A stretch of 64,000 nt of DNA from an uncultured Clostridia bacterium (GTDB taxonomy: Bacteria > Bacillota > Clostridia > Christensenellales > Borkfalkiaceae), in NCBI GenBank assembly GCA_905235815.1, contig CAJOMT010000003.1, forward strand, positions 190-64,189. Direction: 5' to 3'. Position numbers and translations under genes: made by a program. Positions 12,062 through 21,409 of the stretch are shown piece by piece. The first letter of the stretch is position 1; each line of letters starts with the position of its first letter. The notes beneath the pieces were generated by a model. The model had not been told where the DNA came from and made no database searches. It worked only from the letters and a program-made list of their open reading frames with translations.

Positions 12062-12439
12062 ATGGCTCGTATTGCCGGTGTAGATTTACCAAGAGAAAAA
12101 CGTGTGGAAATCGGAATAACCTATATATATGGAATAGGACTTCCGACCGCAAAGAAAATTTTAAAAGAAACAGGCGTTAATCCCGACACGAGAGTGAAGG
12201 ATTTAACCGAAGAAGACGTGGCGAAACTCAGAGAGTATATAGATCACAACCTCAAAGTTGAGGGTGAACTCAAGAGTGAAGTCAGCATGAACATCAAGAG
12301 ATTGATGGAAATCGGCTGCTATCGCGGCGTAAGGCACAGAAAAGGACTGCCCGTAAGAGGACAGAGCACTAAGCAGAATGCGAGGACCAGAAAAGGACCT
12401 CGTCGTACGGTCGCTAAGAAAAAGACCGCAGGCAAATAA
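12062..12439 (+). CDS. rpsM: 30S ribosomal protein S13
   Basis: [26 protein letters not shown]. Confidence 0.98.
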   Translation: MARIAGVDLPREKRVEIGITYIYGIGLPTAKKILKETGVNPDTRVKDLTEEDVAKLREYIDHNLKVEGELKSEVSMNIKRLMEIGCYRGVRHRKGLPVRGQSTKQNARTRKGPRRTVAKKKTAGK

Positions 12440-12458
12440 GATAAGGAGGATTTAAAAG

Positions 12459-12848
12459 ATGGCTGTTAAGAAAGTAGTTAAAAAGCGTAGAGAATTAAAA
12501 AACGTTGACAAAGGACAAGTTCATATAAAATCCTCGTTTAACAACACGATAGTAACCATAACCGATATGAACGGCAATGCGATCACGCAGTGCAGTGCGG
12601 GTGCGCTCGGATACAAAGGTTCGAGAAAGAGCACGCCGTTTGCCGCGCAACAAGCGTCGGAGACGGCAGCGAAAGCCGCTATGGAGCACGGACTTCGCAG
12701 TGTTGAAGTGTACGTAAAAGGTCCCGGACAAGGGAGAGAATCGGCAATAAGGGCATTAGGAGGGTGCGGACTCGAAGTTACGTTGATTTCGGACGTTTCG
12801 CCTATTCCTCATAACGGATGTCGTCCGCCCAAACGCCGTAGAGTATAA
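12459..12848 (+). CDS. rpsK: 30S ribosomal protein S11
   Basis: [18 protein letters not shown]...; operon position. Confidence 0.98.
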   Translation: MAVKKVVKKRRELKNVDKGQVHIKSSFNNTIVTITDMNGNAITQCSAGALGYKGSRKSTPFAAQQASETAAKAAMEHGLRSVEVYVKGPGQGRESAIRALGGCGLEVTLISDVSPIPHNGCRPPKRRRV

Positions 12849-12862
12849 GGAGGTAACGGATA

Positions 12863-13489
12863 ATGGCTAAATATACAGATGCGAAATGTCGTTTATGCAG
12901 ACGTGAAGGCGGGAAACTTTTCTTAAAGGGCGATAAATGCTATAAGACTTCCTGTCCGTTTGAAAGAAGGCCCGTAGCCCCCGGACAACACGGTGCCGAC
13001 AGAAAGAAGGTATCCGAATACGGATTACAGCTTCGTGAAAAACAAAAGACAAAGAGAATATACGGTGTACTTGAAAGCCAATTCAGAGAGTATTATGAAA
13101 AGGCTGATAGAATGAAGGGTATAACCGGTGAAAATATGCTTTCGCTTTTAGAGAGAAGGCTTGACAACGTCGTTTACAGAATGGGTATAGCGAACTCGCG
13201 TTCGCAAGCGCGTCAACTTGTAACGCACTCGCATTTTACGGTAAACGGCAGGTCGGTAAACATAGCCTCCTATCAAGTAAAAGTCGGAGACGTAGTAGCG
13301 GTAAAAGAGACTAAAAAATCAACTCCTTATTTTGAGGCATTGAAAAATACCGCAAAGAGCAATAAAATGCCTAAATGGGTAGATTTCGATACCGAAAATC
13401 TCGTAGGAAAAATTCTTGCACTTCCGACAAGAGAGGATATAGATTCGCAGATAACCGAACAGATGATCGTCGAATTGTATTCTAAGTAA
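12863..13489 (+). CDS. rpsD: 30S ribosomal protein S4
   Basis: [26 protein letters not shown] start, S4 domain. Confidence 0.98.
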   Translation: MAKYTDAKCRLCRREGGKLFLKGDKCYKTSCPFERRPVAPGQHGADRKKVSEYGLQLREKQKTKRIYGVLESQFREYYEKADRMKGITGENMLSLLERRLDNVVYRMGIANSRSQARQLVTHSHFTVNGRSVNIASYQVKVGDVVAVKETKKSTPYFEALKNTAKSNKMPKWVDFDTENLVGKILALPTREDIDSQITEQMIVELYSK

Positions 13490-13526
13490 TATATACCAAA
13501 ATAAATAGAGGGAGGTATATTTTTCT

Positions 13527-14477
13527 ATGATGGAAATAGAAACGCCTAAAATCGAAGTAGAAGAGAGCGAAGACAGATGCTATGCCAAAATAGTAGCCGA
13601 GCCATTGGAAAAGGGATTCGGCTTAACGCTTGGCAATGCACTCAGGAGGACGTTGCTTTCATCGCTTCCGGGCGCTGCTGCGCAAGGTATAAAATTCGCA
13701 AGCGGTGTCAAACACGAATTTTCTACGGTTCCGGGAGTCAAAGAGGACGTAACGGAAATAATATTAAATATCAAGGGCATAGCGTTCAGAACGCTTGTTA
13801 CCGATGAGAGCTTCAAAAAAGTATTGACGCTTTATAAAGAAGGTCCGGCGGTAGTTACTGCGGGAGATATAACCGAAGATTCCGAAATCGAAGTATTGAA
13901 TAAAGACGCCTATATATGTTCGATAGACGAAGGCGGCGTACTCAATATGGAGATCACGGTCGGCAGAGGCAGGGGCTATAAAGGCGCCGAGCACAACAAG
14001 ACCGATGAGATTGACTATATAGCGATAGATTCTATCTATACGCCCGTAAAGAAAGTCTGTTATAACGTAGAGAGCACGAGAGTAGGTCAGAACACTGATT
14101 TTGACAAACTCACGTTGGAAGTATGGACTAACGGAGCGTTTTCGGGTAAAGAGATAGTAAGTTTAGCGGCGAAGATACTCGGCGAGCATATAGCGATATT
14201 TGCGGAACTGAGCGACGTTATGAACGGAGCGAGCATACTTGTTCAAGCCAAGCCGGATATGGGCAAGCAGATAAGAGAGATGAGCATAGAGGATATGGAA
14301 TTATCCGTACGTTCATACAACTGCTTAAAGAGGGCGAATATTCACACGTTAGGCGATTTAACGAAGAAGACGGAAGAAGATATGCTTAAAGTCAGGAATT
14401 TAGGTAAGAAGTCACTTGACGAAGTTATTTACAAATTAGGCACTTACGGTTTAGCATTAAAAGAAAAGGAGGACTAA
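13527..14477 (+). CDS. rpoA: DNA-directed RNA polymerase alpha subunit
   Basis: NTD GFGLTLGNALRRTLLSS; CTD LELSVRSYNCLKRANI. Confidence 0.98.
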   Translation: MMEIETPKIEVEESEDRCYAKIVAEPLEKGFGLTLGNALRRTLLSSLPGAAAQGIKFASGVKHEFSTVPGVKEDVTEIILNIKGIAFRTLVTDESFKKVLTLYKEGPAVVTAGDITEDSEIEVLNKDAYICSIDEGGVLNMEITVGRGRGYKGAEHNKTDEIDYIAIDSIYTPVKKVCYNVESTRVGQNTDFDKLTLEVWTNGAFSGKEIVSLAAKILGEHIAIFAELSDVMNGASILVQAKPDMGKQIREMSIEDMELSVRSYNCLKRANIHTLGDLTKKTEEDMLKVRNLGKKSLDEVIYKLGTYGLALKEKED

Positions 14478-14481
14478 AGAA

Positions 14482-14991
14482 ATGCCAAGAAAATTAGGTA
14501 TGACCGCAACGCAGAGAAAGGCGGTACTTAGAAATCAGGCATCTAATCTTTTATGGTATGGTAGGTTGGAAACCACTTTAATGAGAGCGAAAGAACTTCG
14601 TCCTTACGTCGAAAAGATTATAACGCTTGCAATTAACACGTATGATGACGTGGTAGAGACAACGATAACCACTAAAGATAAAAAAGGTAAAGAGGTAAAG
14701 ACTAAAGTATATAAAGACGGAGTCAAAAAACTCAATGCCAGAAGGAAGATATTCAAGCTCGTTTACGATTTGCAAGAGCAAAGAGGCGAGGGCGAGAGTA
14801 TGGCAGATTTCAAGAAGCGTACTGAAGGAGTAAAGCACCCGCTTATCGAGAAGATATTCGACGAGATAGCGCCAAAATATGCGCAACGTGCTGAAGAATT
14901 AAAGCAGAGAGGCGGATATACGCGTATATATAAACTCGGCGAAAGGAGAGGCGACGCAGCCGAAACCGCTATAATAGAGTTAGTAGATTGA
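14482..14991 (+). CDS. rplQ: 50S ribosomal protein L17 (with internal insertion of about 45 aa)
   Basis: RKLGMTATQRKAVLRNQ...GGYTRIYKLGERRGD; 169 aa. Confidence 0.96.
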   Translation: MPRKLGMTATQRKAVLRNQASNLLWYGRLETTLMRAKELRPYVEKIITLAINTYDDVVETTITTKDKKGKEVKTKVYKDGVKKLNARRKIFKLVYDLQEQRGEGESMADFKKRTEGVKHPLIEKIFDEIAPKYAQRAEELKQRGGYTRIYKLGERRGDAAETAIIELVD

Positions 14992-14997
14992 TTATGT

Positions 14998-15035
14998 CAA
15001 GGCATAGCAAAAATATTGCTATGCCTTGATTTTTG
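14998..15035 (+). terminator. Intrinsic terminator of the ribosomal super-operon
   Basis: 11-bp perfect stem CAAGGCATAGC/GCTATGCCTTG with a 9-nt loop, followed by ATTTTTG. Confidence 0.85.
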
Positions 15036-15259
15036 CCAATAAAATGTGCCGATATGAGTCTAAATAACGAAACTATAGGGGCACTTTTACTTTGGGTTAA
15101 TGTTTTCATTGCCGGCTTCTCGTTTGAATTTAAACGTCGGAAAATCGACCTATCGGTCGGTTTATCGCATATTTGACAGGCTGAATTTTGCCAAAATGAC
15201 AAATAAAGTAAAATTTTGAGTATAAATTTAAAAAAATAATAAAAATTTTTATTATTTAG

Positions 15260-15288
15260 TTGAAAAAATTTTAATATTATGTTATCAT
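15260..15288 (+). promoter_or_regulatory. Candidate sigma-A promoter (TTGAAA-17-TATCAT)
   Basis: -35 at 15260-15265 and -10 at 15283-15288, in an AT-rich region upstream of the 15348 gene. Confidence 0.4.
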
Positions 15289-15347
15289 AGGTTGTGTATA
15301 TATAATATACACAGAACCTTAACTTTATTGAGATGGGAGTTGGGAAT

Positions 15348-18230
15348 ATGGCAAAGAGCGTAAACAAGAGAATTCTTGTTATATTTATCGCTATTTTCAC
15401 CGCGGTTTTTGCTTTGTCTTTCGTTCGGTTTTCCTATGTTAAAGCCGACGAGGAGATCGAAGAGCCAAAGAGCGCAGAGGAGAGAATAGAAGATTTATGT
15501 GCTGCCGTAGAAGAATTATACGAATATTTGAGAGACAATGACGTTGAAATCGATGAGGGCTCGTTTGAACTCAAATATTCTTGCAATCAAATTTCTGAGG
15601 CAAACAATGAAGGTAAAGACGTTGAAGATTATCTCAGCGGCGACATCGGTTTAAGCGGCATAAAGGGTATTGCGGAATTAGCGGTCGAATTTTACGATGA
15701 GTATATTGGCGGTTATAATTCGTATTGCGAATACAAACTCAGCGATGCCAAGTCTTATATCGAGGGTTTTGCCATAAACCTTTACAGGAAATCGAATTAC
15801 GATAGCGCCGAGGCTCAGACTTATTACGATGAGTTTAACGCTCCTGCCTCGGACACGGATAAATATGCGTCATATAAAGACGATCTTCAGAAAGTTTACG
15901 ATAGGTACTTGCAAGATGAACATAGCGACTACGTAAATTACGTCAGAAGGAAATTACCTGACGTTGACAGAAAGTTGAATGATGCGAAATCTGCTCTTGA
16001 CGACTGTAAGGACGATGCGGAAGCAAATAGGATAGTCAGCAACTTCAATGCGGAATTCAACAACGTTTATTCGTATTTGCAGTATTTGAAGTATGAAGTC
16101 GTAGATACGGCATACAATAACTTCAAGAACGCATATACAAGTCAATACACGAGTATTCAGAGAGAATTGAATTATGCGTTCGAAGCGATGGAAGCTTGCG
16201 AGAACGCAATAGATTATTACTGTGCGGTATTAGTCCAAAACCCGGATAACGGCGAAGCGAAAAATATGGCGTCAGCCGTGCTCGGAACTTATAAAGACCA
16301 CTTGTGTCTCGAGGCGATAAAAGTCGTAGTGGAAAAGCGGGCGCCCGATTACGGTCCGAGCGCATTGGAAAAAATCAATGCTAACAGAAAAATTGCGGAG
16401 GAAATTATCAGGAGTATTACTTCTGAAGGTAAGATTGCATCTCCGTATACATACTGGAAATCGTCCGATACCTACCTCGTAAATAAAGCTAATGATTACA
16501 TTTCTGTTGAAAGAGGCAGTGACGTTGTGCAGGCGTTTGACGACAGTTACGAAGATTATGGCGCACTCAAAATCAACGGTAAAACTTCATCTGTACCGGC
16601 GGCGAGGAGTTCAACGATAGTCGGCAATTGCGATGGGTTTAAGATAACTATTACGAGTTACGAGGCGGACGGAATTACCGAGGCAAAGGAATTTGACCTT
16701 TCGACGACGAGGATAGAGGTCAGACAAGGAACAACGCCGTCAGTCAAGAGAAATATAAACACTATCTTAAACGGCAACAATTTGATCGATAAAATTTCGC
16801 GTTCTGTTCCGAACAGAGATGCGATAGCAGATGAATTAAAGGGCAAACATCTTCACTATTATTTTACGATAAAGATATATGAGTCGAACGTCGAAAGAAA
16901 CGACTTTAACGGAAATTACCGCGTCAAAATTGAGATTTTGGGCGATAATACGGCGGCTCAATATAAAGATAATCTCAATGTGATAAATTATTATCACACT
17001 CAGATAATCGGCGCAGTAGCCAAAGACAAAATAACGATGGATGGTAGTGTTATTATGTTCTATACTGATAGTTTTTCGCAATTTGCCTTGCTAAGCAATA
17101 TAGCTTGGACAGATATCGCTTTATGGGCACTAATCGGAATCATTGCACTGATAGCGATTCTTTGGTTGATAGTTCTTATCGTTTACTTGGTAAAGAACAG
17201 AAAATTCAAGATAGTATTCAATGCTAACGGCGGCGAACCGACAAAGTGTTTGAAAGTGAAGCATAAAGAGAAATTCTCGTATCCTGCGAACCCCGTAAGA
17301 GACGGTTACGTGTTTATGGGTTGGTATACGAGTGCCGAACTCGAAACTCGTTTTGCCTCCACCGAAATGCTTAACAAAGAGAATATAACGGTTTGGGCAA
17401 AATGGATAACATTAGAGGAGTACGAGGCTCTGAAAGCGGCCGAGCAAGCGAATGAAGACGATGAAGAAGTCGTAAGCGAGGAGCTTGTTGCGGCTACAGT
17501 CGCAGCGGTTGAAGACAGCGCATTTGATTTGGCGACCATATTTGCCAAAGTCAAGGCGGAAGCGGCGAGTTACGTCAAAGCGGACGATTTGCCTTACGGT
17601 TTGGATATCGATAAGACGATATGCAAGATAAGACTTACGTCTGACGCTGTCAAACTCGAAGTCGATATGTGCGGAAAGGCATTAGGAGCCAAAGGTTATA
17701 CAGTCGAAAAGGGCGAGACCTTAACTTCCGAATTTGCGGTAAGAAGTGAAGACGAATTGTCAGACGCATTTGAACTTATCGAAGAAGTTATGGCGGAAAA
17801 CGGATATATCAAGGGCGAGGCGAAAGAGCCTGACGATAATACCGACGAATTCGAGTTCAAAGTACATAACGACAGACTTGCCGAAACGGCTGACGAACTA
17901 TTAAAAGTATTGAGAGTAAAAGTCGGTTCTTATGCGCTTTGCGAGGGCGAGTTTAAAGAGGATAAGTCACTTGCAAAGATGTTTATAGCGCAAGGCAAAC
18001 TCAGCATATATCTTAACTATATAGCGGACGGCTTGTTTGAGTGCGATGAAGCGTTGAAAGCGGAAGGATATAAATCGTTTACTATCGTACATAACGCAGA
18101 AGAAGCAAAAGCGGTTTTGGCGCATATAAAAGCGATGATGGCGGAAAACGGACTTAACGTTTCTTTGACGGTTAAGAATATTTCCGAAGAAGAATCGGAT
18201 AAAGGGTTTAATTTTACGCTTAAAAAATAA
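15348..18230 (+). CDS. Large bitopic membrane protein, unknown function. Contains a signal-anchor, a ~550-aa helical ectodomain, a second TM, a Listeria-Bacteroides-type repeat and a duplicated C-terminal domain.
   Basis: Start moved to the ATG at 15348 (MAKSVNKRILVIFIAIFTAVFAL...) behind a GGGAG RBS. Second TM IALWALIGIIALIAILWLIVLIVYLV (~17112-17195). Repeat motif RDGYVFMGWYTS...ITVWAKW. Confidence 0.8.
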   Translation: MAKSVNKRILVIFIAIFTAVFALSFVRFSYVKADEEIEEPKSAEERIEDLCAAVEELYEYLRDNDVEIDEGSFELKYSCNQISEANNEGKDVEDYLSGDIGLSGIKGIAELAVEFYDEYIGGYNSYCEYKLSDAKSYIEGFAINLYRKSNYDSAEAQTYYDEFNAPASDTDKYASYKDDLQKVYDRYLQDEHSDYVNYVRRKLPDVDRKLNDAKSALDDCKDDAEANRIVSNFNAEFNNVYSYLQYLKYEVVDTAYNNFKNAYTSQYTSIQRELNYAFEAMEACENAIDYYCAVLVQNPDNGEAKNMASAVLGTYKDHLCLEAIKVVVEKRAPDYGPSALEKINANRKIAEEIIRSITSEGKIASPYTYWKSSDTYLVNKANDYISVERGSDVVQAFDDSYEDYGALKINGKTSSVPAARSSTIVGNCDGFKITITSYEADGITEAKEFDLSTTRIEVRQGTTPSVKRNINTILNGNNLIDKISRSVPNRDAIADELKGKHLHYYFTIKIYESNVERNDFNGNYRVKIEILGDNTAAQYKDNLNVINYYHTQIIGAVAKDKITMDGSVIMFYTDSFSQFALLSNIAWTDIALWALIGIIALIAILWLIVLIVYLVKNRKFKIVFNANGGEPTKCLKVKHKEKFSYPANPVRDGYVFMGWYTSAELETRFASTEMLNKENITVWAKWITLEEYEALKAAEQANEDDEEVVSEELVAATVAAVEDSAFDLATIFAKVKAEAASYVKADDLPYGLDIDKTICKIRLTSDAVKLEVDMCGKALGAKGYTVEKGETLTSEFAVRSEDELSDAFELIEEVMAENGYIKGEAKEPDDNTDEFEFKVHNDRLAETADELLKVLRVKVGSYALCEGEFKEDKSLAKMFIAQGKLSIYLNYIADGLFECDEALKAEGYKSFTIVHNAEEAKAVLAHIKAMMAENGLNVSLTVKNISEEESDKGFNFTLKK

Positions 18231-18246
18231 TTGTTAGTATCAGCGG

Positions 18247-18313
18247 AGAACCCGTATTAACCAAGGCAATAATACCTCTTTAACGGGTTACTTGGTTAGC
18301 GGGTTCTTCTTTT
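18247..18313 (+). terminator. Long-stem intrinsic terminator / possible greA leader structure
   Basis: AGAACCCG..TTAACCAAG / CTTGGTTA.CGGGTTCT stem followed by TCTTTT. An alternative partner ACGGGTT lies at 18283-18289. Confidence 0.5.
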
Positions 18314-18344
18314 GGAAATAATATAAAAAGCAGAGGTAAGAGTA

Positions 18345-18818
18345 ATGAGTGAAAAGGTTATTTTAACCGAAGAAGGCTATCAAGAATTATTAAAAAGGCT
18401 TGACGATTTGAAATTTAAAAAGCGTCCGGAGATAACCGAGCGCATCAAAATTGCGAGGGATTTCGGCGACTTATCAGAAAATGCCGAGTACGACGCGGCG
18501 AAGAACGAGCAGGCTCGAATAGAGGGCGAAATCGTAGAACTTGAGGCGAAACTCAAGGTTGCGGAAATTATCAAGCATAGCGAAGATAAAGACATAATAT
18601 CCGTAGGTATGAAGGTCAAAATTCTCGACCTTGAATTAGGCGAAGAAGAAGTGTATGAGATAGTCGGAACTACCGAGGCAAACATTGCCGAAGGCAGAAT
18701 ATCCAACGAGTGTCCTTTGGGTAAGGCGCTTGTAGGCGGTAAAGTGGGAACGTCCGTTACCGTTCAGACTCCGTCGAAAGAAGACGAATATCAAATCAAG
18801 ATTCTCGAAATTCTTTAA
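18345..18818 (+). CDS. greA: Transcription elongation factor GreA
   Basis: LTEEGYQELLKRLDDLK...RPEITERIKIARDFGDLSENAEYDAAKNEQ. Confidence 0.97.
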   Translation: MSEKVILTEEGYQELLKRLDDLKFKKRPEITERIKIARDFGDLSENAEYDAAKNEQARIEGEIVELEAKLKVAEIIKHSEDKDIISVGMKVKILDLELGEEEVYEIVGTTEANIAEGRISNECPLGKALVGGKVGTSVTVQTPSKEDEYQIKILEIL

Positions 18819-18820
18819 CT

Positions 18821-18845
18821 AAAAAAGGGCAAAAGCCCTTTTTTT
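18821..18845 (+). terminator. Intrinsic terminator after greA
   Basis: AAAAAAGGGC-AAAA-GCCCTTTTTTT. Confidence 0.85.
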
Positions 18846-18863
18846 AGCAAAAACAAATAGGTT

Positions 18864-19841
18864 ATGGATATAAAAATCACCAAAAAGAGATTAGCCAACG
18901 TATTGAACTACGAATGGCTATTGTCGATAGTTTGTATAATCGGCGCCATAGTTTTATGGTCGCTGTTGTATACTATGCTTGCTACCAGGTTGACGGACGG
19001 ACAGCAATTTTACTTTGTAAAATACGAAGGGGTATATACTAATTCTGCAGATGCCGATTCCAAATTTATTGAAAATTTGCGAAATGGCGGCGGCAGAGAC
19101 GGCAAGAGCGTACTTTCATACGACGTATATGCGGTTAACTTGACGGAAATAATGAGCGCAGGCGGTTATTCGGCGTATGCAATGCTCGATTTAAGGCTGA
19201 CGACCGGCGAGGGCGACGTAATAGTTATCGGCGGAGGAAATAAGGAATACGTCGAGGGCGAAAGTATGAGTGATTTATTGAGTCTTGTTTCGAGCAGACG
19301 CTTAATGACTATAGACGAATTACTGAGCGGAGCATACGAATATACCGTAGGTAATGGTTTTATATCCGAAACCGGCGAAATACAAGAGGAAAAAATAGAG
19401 GACTATTTCAGAAACGTAAGGATAAAGAGCGCCCGTAATTACAGACGGATGTATAATAGCGAGGAGAAAATCCGCGAGGGCGTAAAAAATGAGATAGACA
19501 GAATCCATTCGATATATCAAAACTATATAGTGGTTTCTTCGGCAATAGAAGCGGCTAAGGAAGCCGGCGAAGATTTTCTTTGGTATTCTAAGCCCGTATA
19601 TGTCAATTCGTCTGAAGTAAGTTACGGTGACCAAGCGGCATACGGCATAGATTTAAGTAAATTAAAAGAATATAAGATCGGCAACGGTATATGGCATACT
19701 TATGACGAAAGCGGCAATTCGACAGTTGACGGACTCGTTTTCGCCGTTATTAACGATTCGGCAATTGAACAGTATGATTTACGATATGAATCGCTTGCCG
19801 TTATCGAATATATAATAAGGACGTACAGCGAATATGCATAA
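18864..19841 (+). CDS. Single-pass membrane protein, unknown function
   Basis: 325-aa ORF, N-terminal TM (WLLSIVCIIGAIVLWSLLYTML), 8-nt overlap with tmk. No motif recognised. Confidence 0.7.
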   Translation: MDIKITKKRLANVLNYEWLLSIVCIIGAIVLWSLLYTMLATRLTDGQQFYFVKYEGVYTNSADADSKFIENLRNGGGRDGKSVLSYDVYAVNLTEIMSAGGYSAYAMLDLRLTTGEGDVIVIGGGNKEYVEGESMSDLLSLVSSRRLMTIDELLSGAYEYTVGNGFISETGEIQEEKIEDYFRNVRIKSARNYRRMYNSEEKIREGVKNEIDRIHSIYQNYIVVSSAIEAAKEAGEDFLWYSKPVYVNSSEVSYGDQAAYGIDLSKLKEYKIGNGIWHTYDESGNSTVDGLVFAVINDSAIEQYDLRYESLAVIEYIIRTYSEYA

Positions 19842-20466
19842 GGGAAGCGGATATTTTATAACATTAGAGGGCTGCGAAGGCTCGGGCAAGTCAACGCAGC
19901 TGAAAATGCTATGTGCGTATCTTGAAGAAAAGGGCATAGACGCCGTCTATACGAGGGAACCGGGCGGGACTGTTATATCCGAAAAGATCCGCTCGATAAT
20001 ACTCGATAACGAAAACAAAATAATGAGTGATGAGGCCGAGGCGCTTTTATATGCTGCGTCCCGTATACAGAATGTAAAGGAGAAGATTTTACCGGCATTA
20101 GAGAGCGGTAAAACGGTTATTTGCGACAGGTACGTGGATTCTTCTTTTGCGTATCAGGCGTATGCGAGGGGTTTAGGCTACGATTTTATATATAACATAA
20201 ATGAATTTGCCATAAAGACTTGTATGCCGGATATGACCTTATTTTTTGACATATCACCCGAAAGGGCGTTCGAACGCAAAGGCGGCGTAGATACGGGAGA
20301 TAGGATAGAACTCAGCGGACTCGATTTTCATAAATCGGTCTATAACGGGTATAATAAATTGGCGGAAAAATTTTCGGACAGAATAGTCAGAATAGACGCT
20401 ACAAAGAGCAAAGCCGAAATTTTTGCGAATGTAAAAGCAAATCTTAACCGATTGGGAATAGTGTGA
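19834..20466 (+). CDS. tmk: Thymidylate kinase
   Basis: P-loop EGCEGSGKSTQ; DRYVDSSFAYQ. Confidence 0.96.
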   Translation: MHKGSGYFITLEGCEGSGKSTQLKMLCAYLEEKGIDAVYTREPGGTVISEKIRSIILDNENKIMSDEAEALLYAASRIQNVKEKILPALESGKTVICDRYVDSSFAYQAYARGLGYDFIYNINEFAIKTCMPDMTLFFDISPERAFERKGGVDTGDRIELSGLDFHKSVYNGYNKLAEKFSDRIVRIDATKSKAEIFANVKANLNRLGIV

Positions 20467-20467
20467 T

Positions 20468-21409
20468 ATGACGTTTGCCGAAATCGTTAAAACAACGAAT
20501 GCATATAAGATTATGGCGGGAGAAAAGCGCAACGACGTTTTAAGTCATGCTTATCTCATAATCTGTGATGACGGCAAGGCGCTAAGGGACTACCTTAAAA
20601 TATTTGCCAAGCTTATAATGTGCGACGGCGATGAATTTTGCGGCGAGTGCAGAACTTGTCGGCTTATAGATAAAGAGGTGTATCCCGACTGCACTTTTTA
20701 TCCGCAAGAAAAGGATAAAATTTTGGTGTCGGATATAGACGATTTAGTCTCTCAAACATACGTCAGACCGCTCGAAAATAAGCGTAGATTATTCGTATTA
20801 TGCGGAGCGGAGAATATGAATACTTCCGCACAGAATAAACTGTTAAAGACGCTTGAAGAGCCGCCCGAAAACGTTGTGATTTTGATGGGCGCAACGTCAG
20901 AGTATCCGTTGCTTGCTACGATAAAATCGAGAGTTAAAAAGCTTGAAATACCGCCTATTCATTCGGAAATATTGTTTGACGTTTTAAAGAGTGAATTGAC
21001 CGACGAGGATAGGTTAAAGCGTGCTATTGCGTTGAGCGGCGGCAGAGTAGGCGAAGCCATAAGTTCGTATAACAGCGGCAAGGGCGAAGAACTGTTTATA
21101 AAATGCCGTAAAATCTTAAATGAGATGAAGACTTCGAGAGACGTGTTATCGTTTGTAGGAGATATAGATAAAGACGATATATCCGATTTTATAACCGCAA
21201 TGAAGATTGAAGCAGGCGAGATTCAGCGAAGAATAATAAGGGAAAACGTCAAGGAAATAAACGGATATACGGTAGGTGCGCTCGTAGCGATAGAAGAATT
21301 ACTCGATAAAAAATGCGACGCATTAAACTTTAATGCGAACGGAAATATGACTATTGACAGGATCCTGCTCGGCATTTTGGAGGAAAAGCATAAATGGCAA
21401 CAATTGTAG
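20468..21409 (+). CDS. holB: DNA polymerase III delta-prime subunit
   Basis: SHAYLI..., CGECRTC zinc module, NKLLKTLEEPP; follows tmk as in Bacillus. Confidence 0.93.
   Translation: MTFAEIVKTTNAYKIMAGEKRNDVLSHAYLIICDDGKALRDYLKIFAKLIMCDGDEFCGECRTCRLIDKEVYPDCTFYPQEKDKILVSDIDDLVSQTYVRPLENKRRLFVLCGAENMNTSAQNKLLKTLEEPPENVVILMGATSEYPLLATIKSRVKKLEIPPIHSEILFDVLKSELTDEDRLKRAIALSGGRVGEAISSYNSGKGEELFIKCRKILNEMKTSRDVLSFVGDIDKDDISDFITAMKIEAGEIQRRIIRENVKEINGYTVGALVAIEELLDKKCDALNFNANGNMTIDRILLGILEEKHKWQQL

Noticed and set aside
15036-15230. A possible small RNA or riboswitch in the 330-nt gap after rplQ (small stems GTGCC...GGCAC and CGACC-TATC-GGTCG).
   Set aside because: The stems are short (5 bp), with no U-tract organisation or recognisable riboswitch core. 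The evidence is insufficient to call a feature.
14969-15400. 143-aa minus-strand ORF spanning the rplQ / 15348 intergenic region.
   Set aside because: It runs through the terminator, the AT-rich promoter region and into both flanking genes. The translation is AT-rich low-complexity (I/F/K/L/Y). No RBS or homology features.
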